The position numbers and the translations under genes were made by a program. Positions 19,901 through 28,475 of a stretch of DNA of 64,000 nt are shown here, in pieces. Position 1 is the first letter of the stretch. Each line of letters opens with the position of its first letter. The notes under the pieces were generated by a model. It was not told the DNA's origin. It ran no database searches and saw only the letters and a program-made list of their open reading frames with translations. Source of the DNA: a virus (taxonomy: Duplodnaviria; Heunggongvirae; Uroviricota; Caudoviricetes); IMG/VR virus record IMGVR_UViG_2541047680_000004; one strand, 5' to 3'.

Positions 19901-21556
19901 CATCGTGGCAAAGGTGCTAACCATCTGGCTCCCAGCGCCAACTACCCCCATGATCCCTGCTCGCATCAGTTTGAACGCAACCATCGCGGCCACGACCTTA
20001 CCGAGATTAATTACCAGCTCTTGGTTCTTTGCTAACCATTGAGCAAGCTGACGCAACCCATCGATTGCCGTTGTTAACCCCGAACCTAAAGAATTGGCAA
20101 ACGAAATCCCTTCGGCGCTATTCATGATTGAAGCCAGTTCTTTCATCCCCTTCGATAGAGAATCCAGATATCCGGCCTGACCAACCCGATCAGCAAATAA
20201 CGTGAATGACGTCTGAAGTTGCGCCAGCGCACCTGTGTAGGTTTGCATCATGTCTTTCGCTGCGTTCTCATTCTCCGCACGCAGACCAACAAACATCAGA
20301 GACAACGCCTGTTTTGCCTCAACCGTACCGCTGGCAACGGCTTTAGTCAGTTCCCCCATAGTGATGCCTGCGGCGTCTGCCATTGCCTGCATCGCGTTAG
20401 GAACGGCTTCACCTAATTGCTGACGTAGCTCTTCCATTGACACAACGCCCTTACCGGACATCTGCTGAACGGCCACAGCCGCACGTTTCAACAGCTCACT
20501 ATCACCACCAAAACGAGCAACGGAGTCCACCAGCGCCTTCAGAGAACCATCGGTTGGATCTAAGCCAGCAGAACGAAACTTCACGAAGGAGTCTGTTAAC
20601 GCCTGCATCGCGAACGGCGCATTTTGAGCCATGTCTACGATGTACTTCATATCATCAGCGGCAGCCTGGCCCGGGTTGGACTTCTCCTTATTCAACCCTC
20701 GAAGCATCACCCGCATACGTTCCATTTCGGCCGCAGCTTCAACAATAGGCTTCTGCCACCCAAACATGATGTCAGTAACCGTTCTGGCTGCATCTCCGAT
20801 CTCGCCAAGCAGGAAAATGTTGCCACGAAGGCCAGAGAACATACCTCCTTCGTTACTTTTACCGCTATGGCCAGAAGCGCCGCTACGCCGCCCGCTACCA
20901 CCATCGCCACTTCCAGATGTACGAACGCGTACCGGCTTGCTAATCAGTTGCTGACGTCCGATAACTTCGTCCATCTGCTCACGAACCTTTTTCAGTCCCT
21001 CGGCAGCCTGACTCGTTGTGACACCCCAATTACTGAGTCGCTTCGTCGTGGTATTAAGGCGCGTATTCATGCCACTCACGGACGCAGAGGCTTCTTTGAC
21101 CTCCGTACCAAAGCGGCTTGCGCTTTTGCTTGCATAGGTCGCCCAATCAGAGAAATCATTTAGCTCTGATTGCACTTTACGTAATGACGCGGTGAGTTTA
21201 TCTACTGAAGAAGTTGTCGTATCGACGCGCTCAATCAGGGCTTTAAGACCAGAATTGAGGCTGGTGATGTTGCCACGCATTTTACGCGTAGCATCTGAAG
21301 CAAGCTCAAAACCGGCAGCTACATCCTGTAGTTTATCTGCAGTAGAATCGAGCTTGCTTTCCAGAACGCCAATGATACGGGCGACCGAACCCAAAGAGCG
21401 TTCAAAGGTTTGGATTTTTTGAGCAGGCTTTGTTACCTGCTCACCAAATCGAGTAAGCAGTTTCCCCGCACGATCGATTGACGCTGTAAACTGTTTGTCT
21501 TCCAGCGACAGGATAAACTCTACGTTTTGTGACATTCCCTTGTCATCCTCTGCCAA
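16982..21556 (-). CDS. tail tape measure protein
   Basis: 1524 aa; long coiled-coil and Gly/Ala-rich hydrophobic regions; position upstream of M-like gene. Confidence 0.85.
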   Translation of the reverse strand: MAEDDKGMSQNVEFILSLEDKQFTASIDRAGKLLTRFGEQVTKPAQKIQTFERSLGSVARIIGVLESKLDSTADKLQDVAAGFELASDATRKMRGNITSLNSGLKALIERVDTTTSSVDKLTASLRKVQSELNDFSDWATYASKSASRFGTEVKEASASVSGMNTRLNTTTKRLSNWGVTTSQAAEGLKKVREQMDEVIGRQQLISKPVRVRTSGSGDGGSGRRSGASGHSGKSNEGGMFSGLRGNIFLLGEIGDAARTVTDIMFGWQKPIVEAAAEMERMRVMLRGLNKEKSNPGQAAADDMKYIVDMAQNAPFAMQALTDSFVKFRSAGLDPTDGSLKALVDSVARFGGDSELLKRAAVAVQQMSGKGVVSMEELRQQLGEAVPNAMQAMADAAGITMGELTKAVASGTVEAKQALSLMFVGLRAENENAAKDMMQTYTGALAQLQTSFTLFADRVGQAGYLDSLSKGMKELASIMNSAEGISFANSLGSGLTTAIDGLRQLAQWLAKNQELVINLGKVVAAMVAFKLMRAGIMGVVGAGSQMVSTFATMATAIQTPFNLGATAVTRFNRAARMGLAPIPSLIFAIRGAITGLKGAFAGLTAFIAANPIGAAFTVATVAVAGLITYMTMLRSETSKVVDEIRKIPEAMTAAKRAQMADRAEKLEKQILADQRALKNGEGVNYVSNSAGVITHKESKADIEARLKKNQEEYQKITGTIALGDGAVAKRLAKEAAESQIEKIREENQIFAATFVKARQEALDKIQKINDDGSLSDDEKNKLLAPLRETVNKSYLEPAQKLVDSLSSRKNATEKQIATLNDQLEKAKKDGNTEQIQKLQGSIRGYQEHLEAVAQELTQAEFERDNAAKTGKGVMSNQGTVLGLGTTDKAAQKALAQYMRNQMDSATYQRTLPDGTPMMDFEGKPIIGPKQLKTQLNLQKASSASSLEKMSDEERAAAIAALTKAREQDAAAAEKAAQRSANASQRAAKKEQAAQQKLAAGYQKALDKADQLMGQMGESSKATVSFDQSLRDTTKSLTDLANAVPNEFITQEMIDKAKKRLEDLKNATPEYREMFNRRNVEQMISTWAPEADSIISAGYTPSREEKVADFEDTYNRNLKALIELRDKASDPKVVALYTKKINQLIAAGNTALIKETGTATQKLALEYENLAEQIESTWTDLFSGLTDVLTDFVINGKMSFSSLSQSILKDITNMVVKSQITLPLMNMLGMGTTAAGSSQSGNLLTGVASAVANQGVRMGNTVNGDKSVGEATKETSSSVTGLGQTTQQTTSAIGTATNAIGSWVSGLFDSTEAKDAETKAVKDSIFSMQNLSSVTGALSAAFAMLGANASGSGNKWLSFGATVASGLVSAWAGGGFDSVTSSSAKTATSSVADGTKGIPAIPKFANGGIFGKDGVIPLGAYQKGGIANSPQLALFGEGSMNEAYVPLPDGRTIPVTLSTDGMSGGGNVLSPVSIEINVHSDGSTTESGDTESIWNNAAQRMKAIALETIAQEKRPGGSLNPNTQRN

Positions 21557-21812
21557 ATATTTGCATCAGTTGCTCTTTGGCGTCAGGGTCTGCCTTATCC
21601 TGGCTTGGATCGTAGACTTTATCTGTTACGACTGGTCTTCCAATCCTGAGTTGCAAACCCTCCATGAACGCCTTCACAGCCTCGCCATCCGCCTGGGACG
21701 CACGAGCGACTTGTAAGTTGCGGACATCCTCTTCCGCACGCAGACGGTCTATATTGCGACTGAGCATCCAGAACATCGTGAGAGGAACGTTCAGTAGCTC
21801 TAATGGCGACAC
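21543..21812 (-). CDS. putative tail assembly chaperone extension (T-like, possible G-T frameshift product)
   Basis: small ORF between G-like gene and tape measure, overlapping the tape measure start. Confidence 0.35.
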   Translation of the reverse strand: MSPLELLNVPLTMFWMLSRNIDRLRAEEDVRNLQVARASQADGEAVKAFMEGLQLRIGRPVVTDKVYDPSQDKADPDAKEQLMQIFGRG

Positions 21813-21892
21813 GGCGTAGTGAGCAACTACACGACTGAAATAGAATCCGAGATCTATTGAGACGGTCCTTGTCCCGGATTCATCGCGGGAAA

Positions 21893-22210
21893 TTACTTTG
21901 CCCCTTCGCCAGCCGCTTTTTCGTTTTCTTCATCAATCACTTCCATAGCGAAGGTGAAGATCTGCTGGAGTTGCGGAACAGTCAGTTTTTCAAGAACTTC
22001 GTCAGGTACTGAAGGGATAACCTTACGAACCAGATCTGCATAAGCTGTCACTTGCTCAACAGGAGACATGTTCATGAGATCTTTACCTTCCATCTGCTTG
22101 ATGGAAACGAACAGACCTACCGTCATTTCAACGATGGGATATTCCTGACCGCCAAATTTGATGCTTTTCTTCGGAGGCAGAATGGAATCGAGATCGAGTA
22201 ATTTGGTCAT
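21893..22210 (-). CDS. tail assembly chaperone (lambda G-like)
   Basis: 105 aa, acidic C-terminus; located between major tail and tape measure genes. Confidence 0.5.
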   Translation of the reverse strand: MTKLLDLDSILPPKKSIKFGGQEYPIVEMTVGLFVSIKQMEGKDLMNMSPVEQVTAYADLVRKVIPSVPDEVLEKLTVPQLQQIFTFAMEVIDEENEKAAGEGAK

Positions 22211-22227
22211 TGGTTAAAATCCTTTTA

Positions 22228-22252
22228 AAAGAGAGGCCCATCCTGAGCCTCT
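22228..22252 (-). terminator. attenuator/terminator-like hairpin after major tail gene
   Basis: stem AGAGGC/GCCTCT followed by CUUUUAAAA on the minus-strand transcript. Confidence 0.35.
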
Positions 22253-22265
22253 GCTTAATTACTGA

Positions 22266-23012
22266 TTAATCTGCGGGGTTAATCGTTACTGACTTAGTTG
22301 CCTTCTTACCACCGCTATTGCTGGTGAAGGAGATATTTGTAGAACCCTGCGCCACACCACGTACCAGACCCGTTTGATCTACCGTGGCCTTTTCCTGGTC
22401 TTCGGATTCCCAAACACCGGTTTTGTCTGCGGCATCAGCTGGAGTGATTTCGGCTGTCAGTTGCACAGTTTCTCCAGCTTTTACGGTTGGAGATTCCGGT
22501 GAGATCGACACAGTTTTTACCGGTTTAGGACCGCTCATTTTGCCCAGAACGCCTTCATCATCCGGGTATGCGCTGAACTGAACAGAGAACACACGAACAT
22601 CATCAGACTGGTAGGTCATAGTGAAGTTGCCCGCGGTTGCCGCTTTCGGGATGGTCAACACATAGTCGGTGGTGTCCTGCGGAGTCAGAACCAGCTCCTT
22701 CGCCACATCAATCAGGTTAACGCCCTGTGCAGATGTGATCGTGACAGAGTTGTCATCTTCGCTCAGAGTAGAACCAGGCATCAGGTCAACCATGTTTTGG
22801 AGTACAGACTCAGCCAGAGGCGCGGTGATGGTAATGTTGCGCCCCTGAACTAATTCGGAAATTACGGTCTGCCCCAACTGATCGACGGTGACTTTCAGCG
22901 TTTCAGTGGCTACTTCAACCTGAACACCACCTTTGGTGTAACCCAAATCCACACCACCAAACGACACCTTACAGGCACCAAGTTTGATGTTTTTTACATG
23001 GGTATTAGACAT
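22266..23012 (-). CDS. major tail protein (lambda V-like) with C-terminal Ig-like domain
   Basis: start set at MSNTHVKN; C-terminal Big_2-like segment (VSISPESPTVKAGETVQLTAEITPADAADKTGVWESEDQEKATVDQTGLVRGVAQGS). Confidence 0.8.
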   Translation of the reverse strand: MSNTHVKNIKLGACKVSFGGVDLGYTKGGVQVEVATETLKVTVDQLGQTVISELVQGRNITITAPLAESVLQNMVDLMPGSTLSEDDNSVTITSAQGVNLIDVAKELVLTPQDTTDYVLTIPKAATAGNFTMTYQSDDVRVFSVQFSAYPDDEGVLGKMSGPKPVKTVSISPESPTVKAGETVQLTAEITPADAADKTGVWESEDQEKATVDQTGLVRGVAQGSTNISFTSNSGGKKATKSVTINPAD

Positions 23013-23060
23013 TGATGGAAAACTCCTTTTTCCGTTAATTCTACGCATTCATTGCGCTAA

Positions 23061-23080
23061 TAGTAAGTATATACTTACTA
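23061..23080. promoter_or_regulatory. family-2 perfect dyad TAGTAAGTAT-ATACTTACTA
   Basis: 20-bp perfect palindrome about 50 bp upstream of the major tail gene. Confidence 0.35.
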
Positions 23081-23086
23081 ATTGAG

Positions 23087-23443
23087 TTAATTCAATAAAT
23101 AGCCAGCAAATTCAACAGGAATGCCTGCTTCTATTAATGCCCCATCATTTTTGGGATAAATGATTGGCATCGCCATCGGTCGTACAAGTCGAAAATAAAC
23201 ACCACCAGATTCCGTTTCCTCTACTGGAAACATCTCAATGATTTTATTGGCTTTCTCAACCGTCGTAGTAATTGACGAACCACGCACAATGATTGTGAAT
23301 GATTCGAGATAAAAGCCCTGTAGCTCATGATCGATGCTGATACCGGTATTTGGGTTAATAAGCAGGACGCCAGATTTCACATTGGCAGGCAAGTAGTGAC
23401 AGAAAATGTCAGTCCCGACCGTGCCAATCTTTGCCTTCTGCAT
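23087..23443 (-). CDS. putative tail terminator/completion protein
   Basis: start chosen at internal Met (MQKAKIG) to avoid overlap with upstream gene; position before major tail gene. Confidence 0.4.
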   Translation of the reverse strand: MQKAKIGTVGTDIFCHYLPANVKSGVLLINPNTGISIDHELQGFYLESFTIIVRGSSITTTVEKANKIIEMFPVEETESGGVYFRLVRPMAMPIIYPKNDGALIEAGIPVEFAGYLLN

Positions 23444-23471
23444 CAAACTTGCAAACGCTTCAATAAACACA

Positions 23472-23945
23472 TTAACCTCTCGTAAATCCGGCTTTTCTGG
23501 CAGCCTCAAGAATCGCTTCTGAGAACTGCTTCTCGCTAATTTCCACCGCTCTTTCCAGAAAGTGTGGCCCAACACGGGGTTTAACACCGGCAATTGGTGG
23601 GTTTGTCACGTTCTTCATTCGAGAAAGATAACCGAGTCGGTATTTACCCAGCTCCATGTACTTAGCATAGTCACCTACTTCTACGCCCGGATGCCCCTGA
23701 CGTGGTTTTGCTCCAGACACAGAAAGCTCAATACGCAGCCCTGAATAACCTTCTTTAATCACCCTGGCAAAGATGGCTGTCTCCAGAGATCCGGTTTCCA
23801 GCGGGGCCATTGCACGGCTGAGACGCTCAACCAAACGCGCCAGCTTTTCCATGTCCCGAATAAGATATCGCTTAAATGCTTTCTGGCTGTTGTTGAGTCG
23901 ATTCCCCGCACGTTTGAACTGATGCGCATCGTATTTCAGACCCAT
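23472..23945 (-). CDS. putative head-tail joining / tail completion protein
   Basis: 157-aa ORF within head-tail junction region; no motif recognised. Confidence 0.35.
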   Translation of the reverse strand: MGLKYDAHQFKRAGNRLNNSQKAFKRYLIRDMEKLARLVERLSRAMAPLETGSLETAIFARVIKEGYSGLRIELSVSGAKPRQGHPGVEVGDYAKYMELGKYRLGYLSRMKNVTNPPIAGVKPRVGPHFLERAVEISEKQFSEAILEAARKAGFTRG

Positions 23946-24280
23946 ATATTCGCCCCTACTTCAAGATGCCCAGGTCTTCCTCGTAGCCCCCAGCGGCGAT
24001 GAACACTGGACACCTTTAATTTTTGACCTTCAAGGATCAGTACATCATCAAGTTGTACAGCCGCTTCCAAAGGGACAACTAACACAGCATCAAACAGCTC
24101 CAGACTCGCCTTACCACGACTACCAGAGCTATCAGCACGAACTGACGATTTCTCATTACTCTGTTCGAACTTAACCACGCCGACATTCGTCTTCCTGACG
24201 AATTGTAATTGCGCCTCACCGTAAACGTTCTTTGCGCCAAAGCGGTAGATCGCAATTTCTGTTTGCCATGAAATATTCAT
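23936..24280 (-). CDS. putative head-tail connector protein
   Basis: start set at MNISWQ with RBS GGGAGAG; position. Confidence 0.35.
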   Translation of the reverse strand: MNISWQTEIAIYRFGAKNVYGEAQLQFVRKTNVGVVKFEQSNEKSSVRADSSGSRGKASLELFDAVLVVPLEAAVQLDDVLILEGQKLKVSSVHRRWGLRGRPGHLEVGANIWV

Positions 24281-24359
24281 GCTCTCTCCCTGTTGTTGTC
24301 GGTCGCTCTCATTACTGGCCAAAAACCCTTTAGACCAAAAGTAAATAATGCGACTGGCG

Positions 24360-25193
24360 TTACGCACGGCGAACAATCATACGGTTGTTGATGTAACTGA
24401 CCAGCAAGCGCCAGGTACTACGAGCCACATGCACGTTTGCAGCTTTACCGGTACGGTACATGTTGGTTGTTTCACCGATGGACTCTGACAAAATGCCATC
24501 CTCTCGTGCTGCGGCTACATCATTGCCATTTGCGATCTCACACGCTTCGTTGACAACGGCAAGCATCAACGCTTCTTTGAAGTAGTCAGGGAACTCTTCA
24601 AACTTCTCCTGCGTCATCTTTTCCCAATCGACTAAATCATGCCGGTACGCTCCATCTGCTCCCCACGGAATATCATACACATTCAGCATATTTTGAGGGC
24701 GATCGTATCGGTCAAAGTCGATACGTAGAATTTTGCGGATTGAGAACGGTAAAGTTTTAATTCGTCTGGTAGCCTCAATGAGACGCTTGCGCATTAAGCC
24801 TTCACCATCCGACAGCAAAGTGTCCCCATTCAGCATATCGATCGCCTGCATTTGAGCATCAGCGACAGTTGCAAACGACTGTTCTGGTATCGACAGTTCA
24901 AAACTATTCAGCAGAACATACATTTGCCGCTCTTCATGCGTCAGACCCGATGCAACAGCCTTCACAATGACGTACCGCAGATCTCGCTCTTTCTCAGAGA
25001 GCTGGTTATATTCAGCCGACACGACGACCGGAATCGACATTTGACCGCTGGTAATTTCTAGCGGCTCGCCATCAACGAGAATAGCCCCGGTGCTGTCCTT
25101 TACTGTGTAGGTGGCAGATTCGATATCCAGCACGTTGAAGGCAAATGAAAGAGAAACAGCTTCACCGCTACGATACGAGTCGATCTGCGCCAT
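24360..25193 (-). CDS. hypothetical structural protein
   Basis: 277-aa ORF in head-tail junction region. Confidence 0.4.
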   Translation of the reverse strand: MAQIDSYRSGEAVSLSFAFNVLDIESATYTVKDSTGAILVDGEPLEITSGQMSIPVVVSAEYNQLSEKERDLRYVIVKAVASGLTHEERQMYVLLNSFELSIPEQSFATVADAQMQAIDMLNGDTLLSDGEGLMRKRLIEATRRIKTLPFSIRKILRIDFDRYDRPQNMLNVYDIPWGADGAYRHDLVDWEKMTQEKFEEFPDYFKEALMLAVVNEACEIANGNDVAAAREDGILSESIGETTNMYRTGKAANVHVARSTWRLLVSYINNRMIVRRA

Positions 25194-25627
25194 TACTCAC
25201 CGCCTTGTGCTTTCAGGATGCCGTCAATCATTTCGACAATTCCTTTCGCTTTGACACCAACCTGATTACCAATAACTCGTAGACCGGCAATACCTTCGTT
25301 GTCTGCAATTGACTCCAGCTCTTCTCGTGTGAAAGTCTGGATCTGTTTGGCCGGTTCATCTGGTGTCCCACGTTTCATTGGCACAATGTCAGGCGCTGCT
25401 GGCTCGGTAATCAGGTCTGCTGTCAATTCACCACGATCACTGTATGCGGCAGACGGAGAAACATTTTTGCCCTCTACTGTTGACGCTCGCATTGAAGCAC
25501 AAATCCTCTGCTGATCGATAAAAGGCAACTCCGCTACGGATACCCCGTTCTCGAACTGAACGCCACACAGCATTCCCGAATAACCGGAAAATTGCGGTTC
25601 TAATAAAACAATTTTTGCTGGTTTCAT
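25193..25627 (-). CDS. hypothetical structural protein
   Basis: 144-aa ORF; TGATG-type coupling with downstream gene. Confidence 0.4.
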   Translation of the reverse strand: MKPAKIVLLEPQFSGYSGMLCGVQFENGVSVAELPFIDQQRICASMRASTVEGKNVSPSAAYSDRGELTADLITEPAAPDIVPMKRGTPDEPAKQIQTFTREELESIADNEGIAGLRVIGNQVGVKAKGIVEMIDGILKAQGGE

Positions 25628-25671
25628 AACGCTTTCTCTCTACATGGGCGGCTTTCGCCGCCCAATATTGA

Positions 25672-26592
25672 TTATTCCTGTGCAGCAGTGACTTCTACGG
25701 TCGCTGTCGCTTTGTGGCTACCATCTTGGGTAGTAACCTCGATTGTGGCAGTACCAGCCGCAACGCCAGTTACAACACCGGTTTCGCTATCCACCGTTGC
25801 AAACTCGGTATTTTTGGATTCCCAAGTAACGGTTTTATTTGTTGCTCCTGCCGGCTCGACATTTGCGGACAGCTGAACAGTTTTGTTTGCCTCAACGGTT
25901 GTGCTATTTGGGTCGATTTCGACGCCGGTAACAGCCACAACAGGCGCAGTTACTTCCACCGTTGCAGTTGCCTTTTTGCTGCCATCTTGGGAAACGATCT
26001 CAATCGTCGCAGTGCCAACTTCTACACCAGTAACGTTCCCGCTCTGGTCTACCGTTGCCTTATCTTCATTTTTGGAAGACCAGGTAACAGCCTTATTCGT
26101 CGCATTTGACGGCTGAACATTCGCTTTCAGACTGACTGATTTCCCTTTCTCAACAGACGTTGATTCTGGCGTTACCGTTACGGATTGAACGGCTACCGGA
26201 TTTACGGTGACTTCCACTGAAGCGGAAAGCTGGGTTTCCTGATCAGTTGCAGTAATTTTTACTTTGCCTGGTGCTACGCCAGTTACTAATCCAGTGCCGT
26301 TAACGGTTGCAATTTGGTCATTTGCTGACTTCCAGGTGAATGAACTGGCACTCTTACCCATACTAATACCTGCACTAAGTTGAACAGTTTTCCCAACCAA
26401 AACTGACGGTGAAGCCGGGGTTATGTTTACGGATTGGGAGAGGGGAACCGCCTGCAAACAAGCAGATAGCTGACTTTGTTGCCGCTCGGTTAAAGGTTCA
26501 TCGGAGATAGAATTGGTAAATCCGGCACGGCACATATGCCCCGTAAAATCCGAAAATGCCTCTTCCGTAATCTTCATCTTTTGTTCTGGCAT
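25672..26592 (-). CDS. Ig-like (Big_2 repeat) protein, probable head decoration protein
   Basis: three tandem Big_2-like units (e.g. VTWSSKNEDKATVDQSGNVTGVEVGTATI); directly downstream of capsid gene. Confidence 0.6.
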   Translation of the reverse strand: MPEQKMKITEEAFSDFTGHMCRAGFTNSISDEPLTERQQSQLSACLQAVPLSQSVNITPASPSVLVGKTVQLSAGISMGKSASSFTWKSANDQIATVNGTGLVTGVAPGKVKITATDQETQLSASVEVTVNPVAVQSVTVTPESTSVEKGKSVSLKANVQPSNATNKAVTWSSKNEDKATVDQSGNVTGVEVGTATIEIVSQDGSKKATATVEVTAPVVAVTGVEIDPNSTTVEANKTVQLSANVEPAGATNKTVTWESKNTEFATVDSETGVVTGVAAGTATIEVTTQDGSHKATATVEVTAAQE

Positions 26593-26637
26593 TTCTCGCT
26601 CCTACAAAAAGGGTGGGCGTATAGCCCACCCTTTAAC

Positions 26638-26655
26638 ATAGATAACTACTTATCT
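26638..26655. promoter_or_regulatory. family-2 dyad TAGATAA-CTAC-TTATCTA
   Basis: perfect 7-4-7 palindrome between capsid and Ig-like genes. Confidence 0.3.
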
Positions 26656-26665
26656 ACTACACTGA

Positions 26666-27541
26666 TTAAATTTTTACATTGGTCAGTGCAGCGATAGCCT
26701 TATCATGCTTATTCGCCAGAGAGCAGTACCACTTCACACGGGTACGTACTGCGTCTTTGTTCTGTACAGTACCAATGTTTTCAACAACGATACCTGCGTT
26801 ATCGCCGCCATACAGACCAGTAACGCCGTTCTCTTCTGACAGATGCAGGCAGTAGATGCTTGCTTTGCCAGCATCGGTCGGGATGAAGTCGTTGATGATG
26901 AACGGAACGCCGTTATGACACAGCATCGGACGACCAAAGTTCTCCATCATGATTTCAGACGGACCTACGTTTACTGTACGCAGCAGCGCACGATAAGCAC
27001 GCAGGTGCTCTGAACGCATCATGATGCAGTCAGCACCAAGATCTTTCACCGCATCGACCAGTTCGTCGAACATAGAGAAAGTCATAGATGCACCGGCGAT
27101 ATCGATCTTCTGATCTGCGTGCATCAGGCGTGGAATGCCGTCAAACGCCTTGTTGTTGGAGCTGGAGTCACCCAAAATCAGGTTGCGACGGAACGCACGA
27201 GCCAGACCTTTAACTTTCTGACGAACCTGAATAGCCAACTGGTTGTTGGTGTCGGCCATAGTGGTCGCCAGGAATTTATCAACGTCTACGTCACCAGCCA
27301 GAATACGCAGTTTCGCAACGCATTCTTCGAAGGTTGCTGCACCTTCAGGGATGGTGTCGTTAACGTCGATGAAGGTAGCTTCACTCAGCGTTTTTTCACG
27401 GTTGTACAGATATGCCTTTGAATTAATTTTCATAAAAGGCAGGATGGCAAACAGGTCATCGCGATCGATGATAGTTTCGATCACACCCTGTTCAAGTTCG
27501 TTGTTAGACAGCTTTTCAGCTTCTTCACGCAGTAATGGCAT
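26666..27541 (-). CDS. major capsid protein (candidate)
   Basis: 291 aa between scaffold-like and decoration-like genes; called from position and size. Confidence 0.55.
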   Translation of the reverse strand: MPLLREEAEKLSNNELEQGVIETIIDRDDLFAILPFMKINSKAYLYNREKTLSEATFIDVNDTIPEGAATFEECVAKLRILAGDVDVDKFLATTMADTNNQLAIQVRQKVKGLARAFRRNLILGDSSSNNKAFDGIPRLMHADQKIDIAGASMTFSMFDELVDAVKDLGADCIMMRSEHLRAYRALLRTVNVGPSEIMMENFGRPMLCHNGVPFIINDFIPTDAGKASIYCLHLSEENGVTGLYGGDNAGIVVENIGTVQNKDAVRTRVKWYCSLANKHDKAIAALTNVKI

Positions 27542-27566
27542 CTATCAATTCCCTTTGATTTAGATG

Positions 27567-28454
27567 TTACTTAAGTCCAATTTTCCCCAGACCGGAGGCC
27601 AACTTATCCATAGTCGACTTGTTCTTCGGTTGGGATATTGTGTAGGTCGATTTGGAATGTGAGCCTACACCCTGCTTGGCTTCGCTACGCATCAATGCGT
27701 CAGCTTCCGGATCTGCCCGCACAATGCGTTCAATCGCGGATTCAAACGGCAACGGCTTACCTTCACCGTCAACCAGAACAGCTCGTTCTTTGTGACCTGC
27801 CGGTTTGTCATAACCCACTACGCTACCGTCTTCACCCACTTCAAAATGAGAACCGTAGATCACGCGGGCTTTTGCCGGGGTCATCAGAACTTTGTCACGT
27901 AGGAAGAGAGAGTTACTGAAGGAAGCGCCCACGGTCATCTCGACTAATTGAGATTTCAGTGATGCGTTTTCACTTTCCAGTGCTGCATAACGTTCGTCAC
28001 GCTGTGCCAGCTCTGCCTGGTGTGCTTCGATCATCTGTTTTTTAACAGCATCGAACTCACCACGACGCTCCAGTTCAGCTTGCTCCGCCTCACGACGTGC
28101 GTTTTCTGCGGCCTGTTCAGCTTCTAAAAGCTGGCGAGCACGAGCCGGATCGATATCACCGTACTGAGCAAGCTGATCGGCCAATGTGCGCTCTTTCTCT
28201 TTGCGCTTCATGTTCTCCTTCAGCAGTTCAGCACCAGCTTTCTTGGTTTTACGAAGTTCGGCCAGTAACTCTTCCTGAGTCATGCCAGCGTATTCGTCAT
28301 CGCCCTTCGGCTGCTCTTTTTGTTCACCCTGTTTGTCAGGATCTTGTGTACTCTGCTCATTATCAGCAGCTACACCGCCAGCGCCTCCACGCTCATGCGC
28401 TTCAGCGACATCCATCAGACCACGACGGGCCAAAAGCATTTGCCACAGATTCAT
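27567..28454 (-). CDS. scaffolding protein (candidate)
   Basis: 295 aa, highly charged with coiled-coil stretches; between portal and capsid genes. Confidence 0.55.
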   Translation of the reverse strand: MNLWQMLLARRGLMDVAEAHERGGAGGVAADNEQSTQDPDKQGEQKEQPKGDDEYAGMTQEELLAELRKTKKAGAELLKENMKRKEKERTLADQLAQYGDIDPARARQLLEAEQAAENARREAEQAELERRGEFDAVKKQMIEAHQAELAQRDERYAALESENASLKSQLVEMTVGASFSNSLFLRDKVLMTPAKARVIYGSHFEVGEDGSVVGYDKPAGHKERAVLVDGEGKPLPFESAIERIVRADPEADALMRSEAKQGVGSHSKSTYTISQPKNKSTMDKLASGLGKIGLK

Positions 28455-28475
28455 AAAAATTCCTTTTGTTACTTA

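Noticed and set aside
25646-25663. GC-rich hairpin GGGCGGC-TTTC-GCCGCCC between the Ig-like gene and the next gene, as a terminator
   Set aside because: No U-tract follows on either strand; more likely an RNA stability or processing element, and not listed as a terminator.
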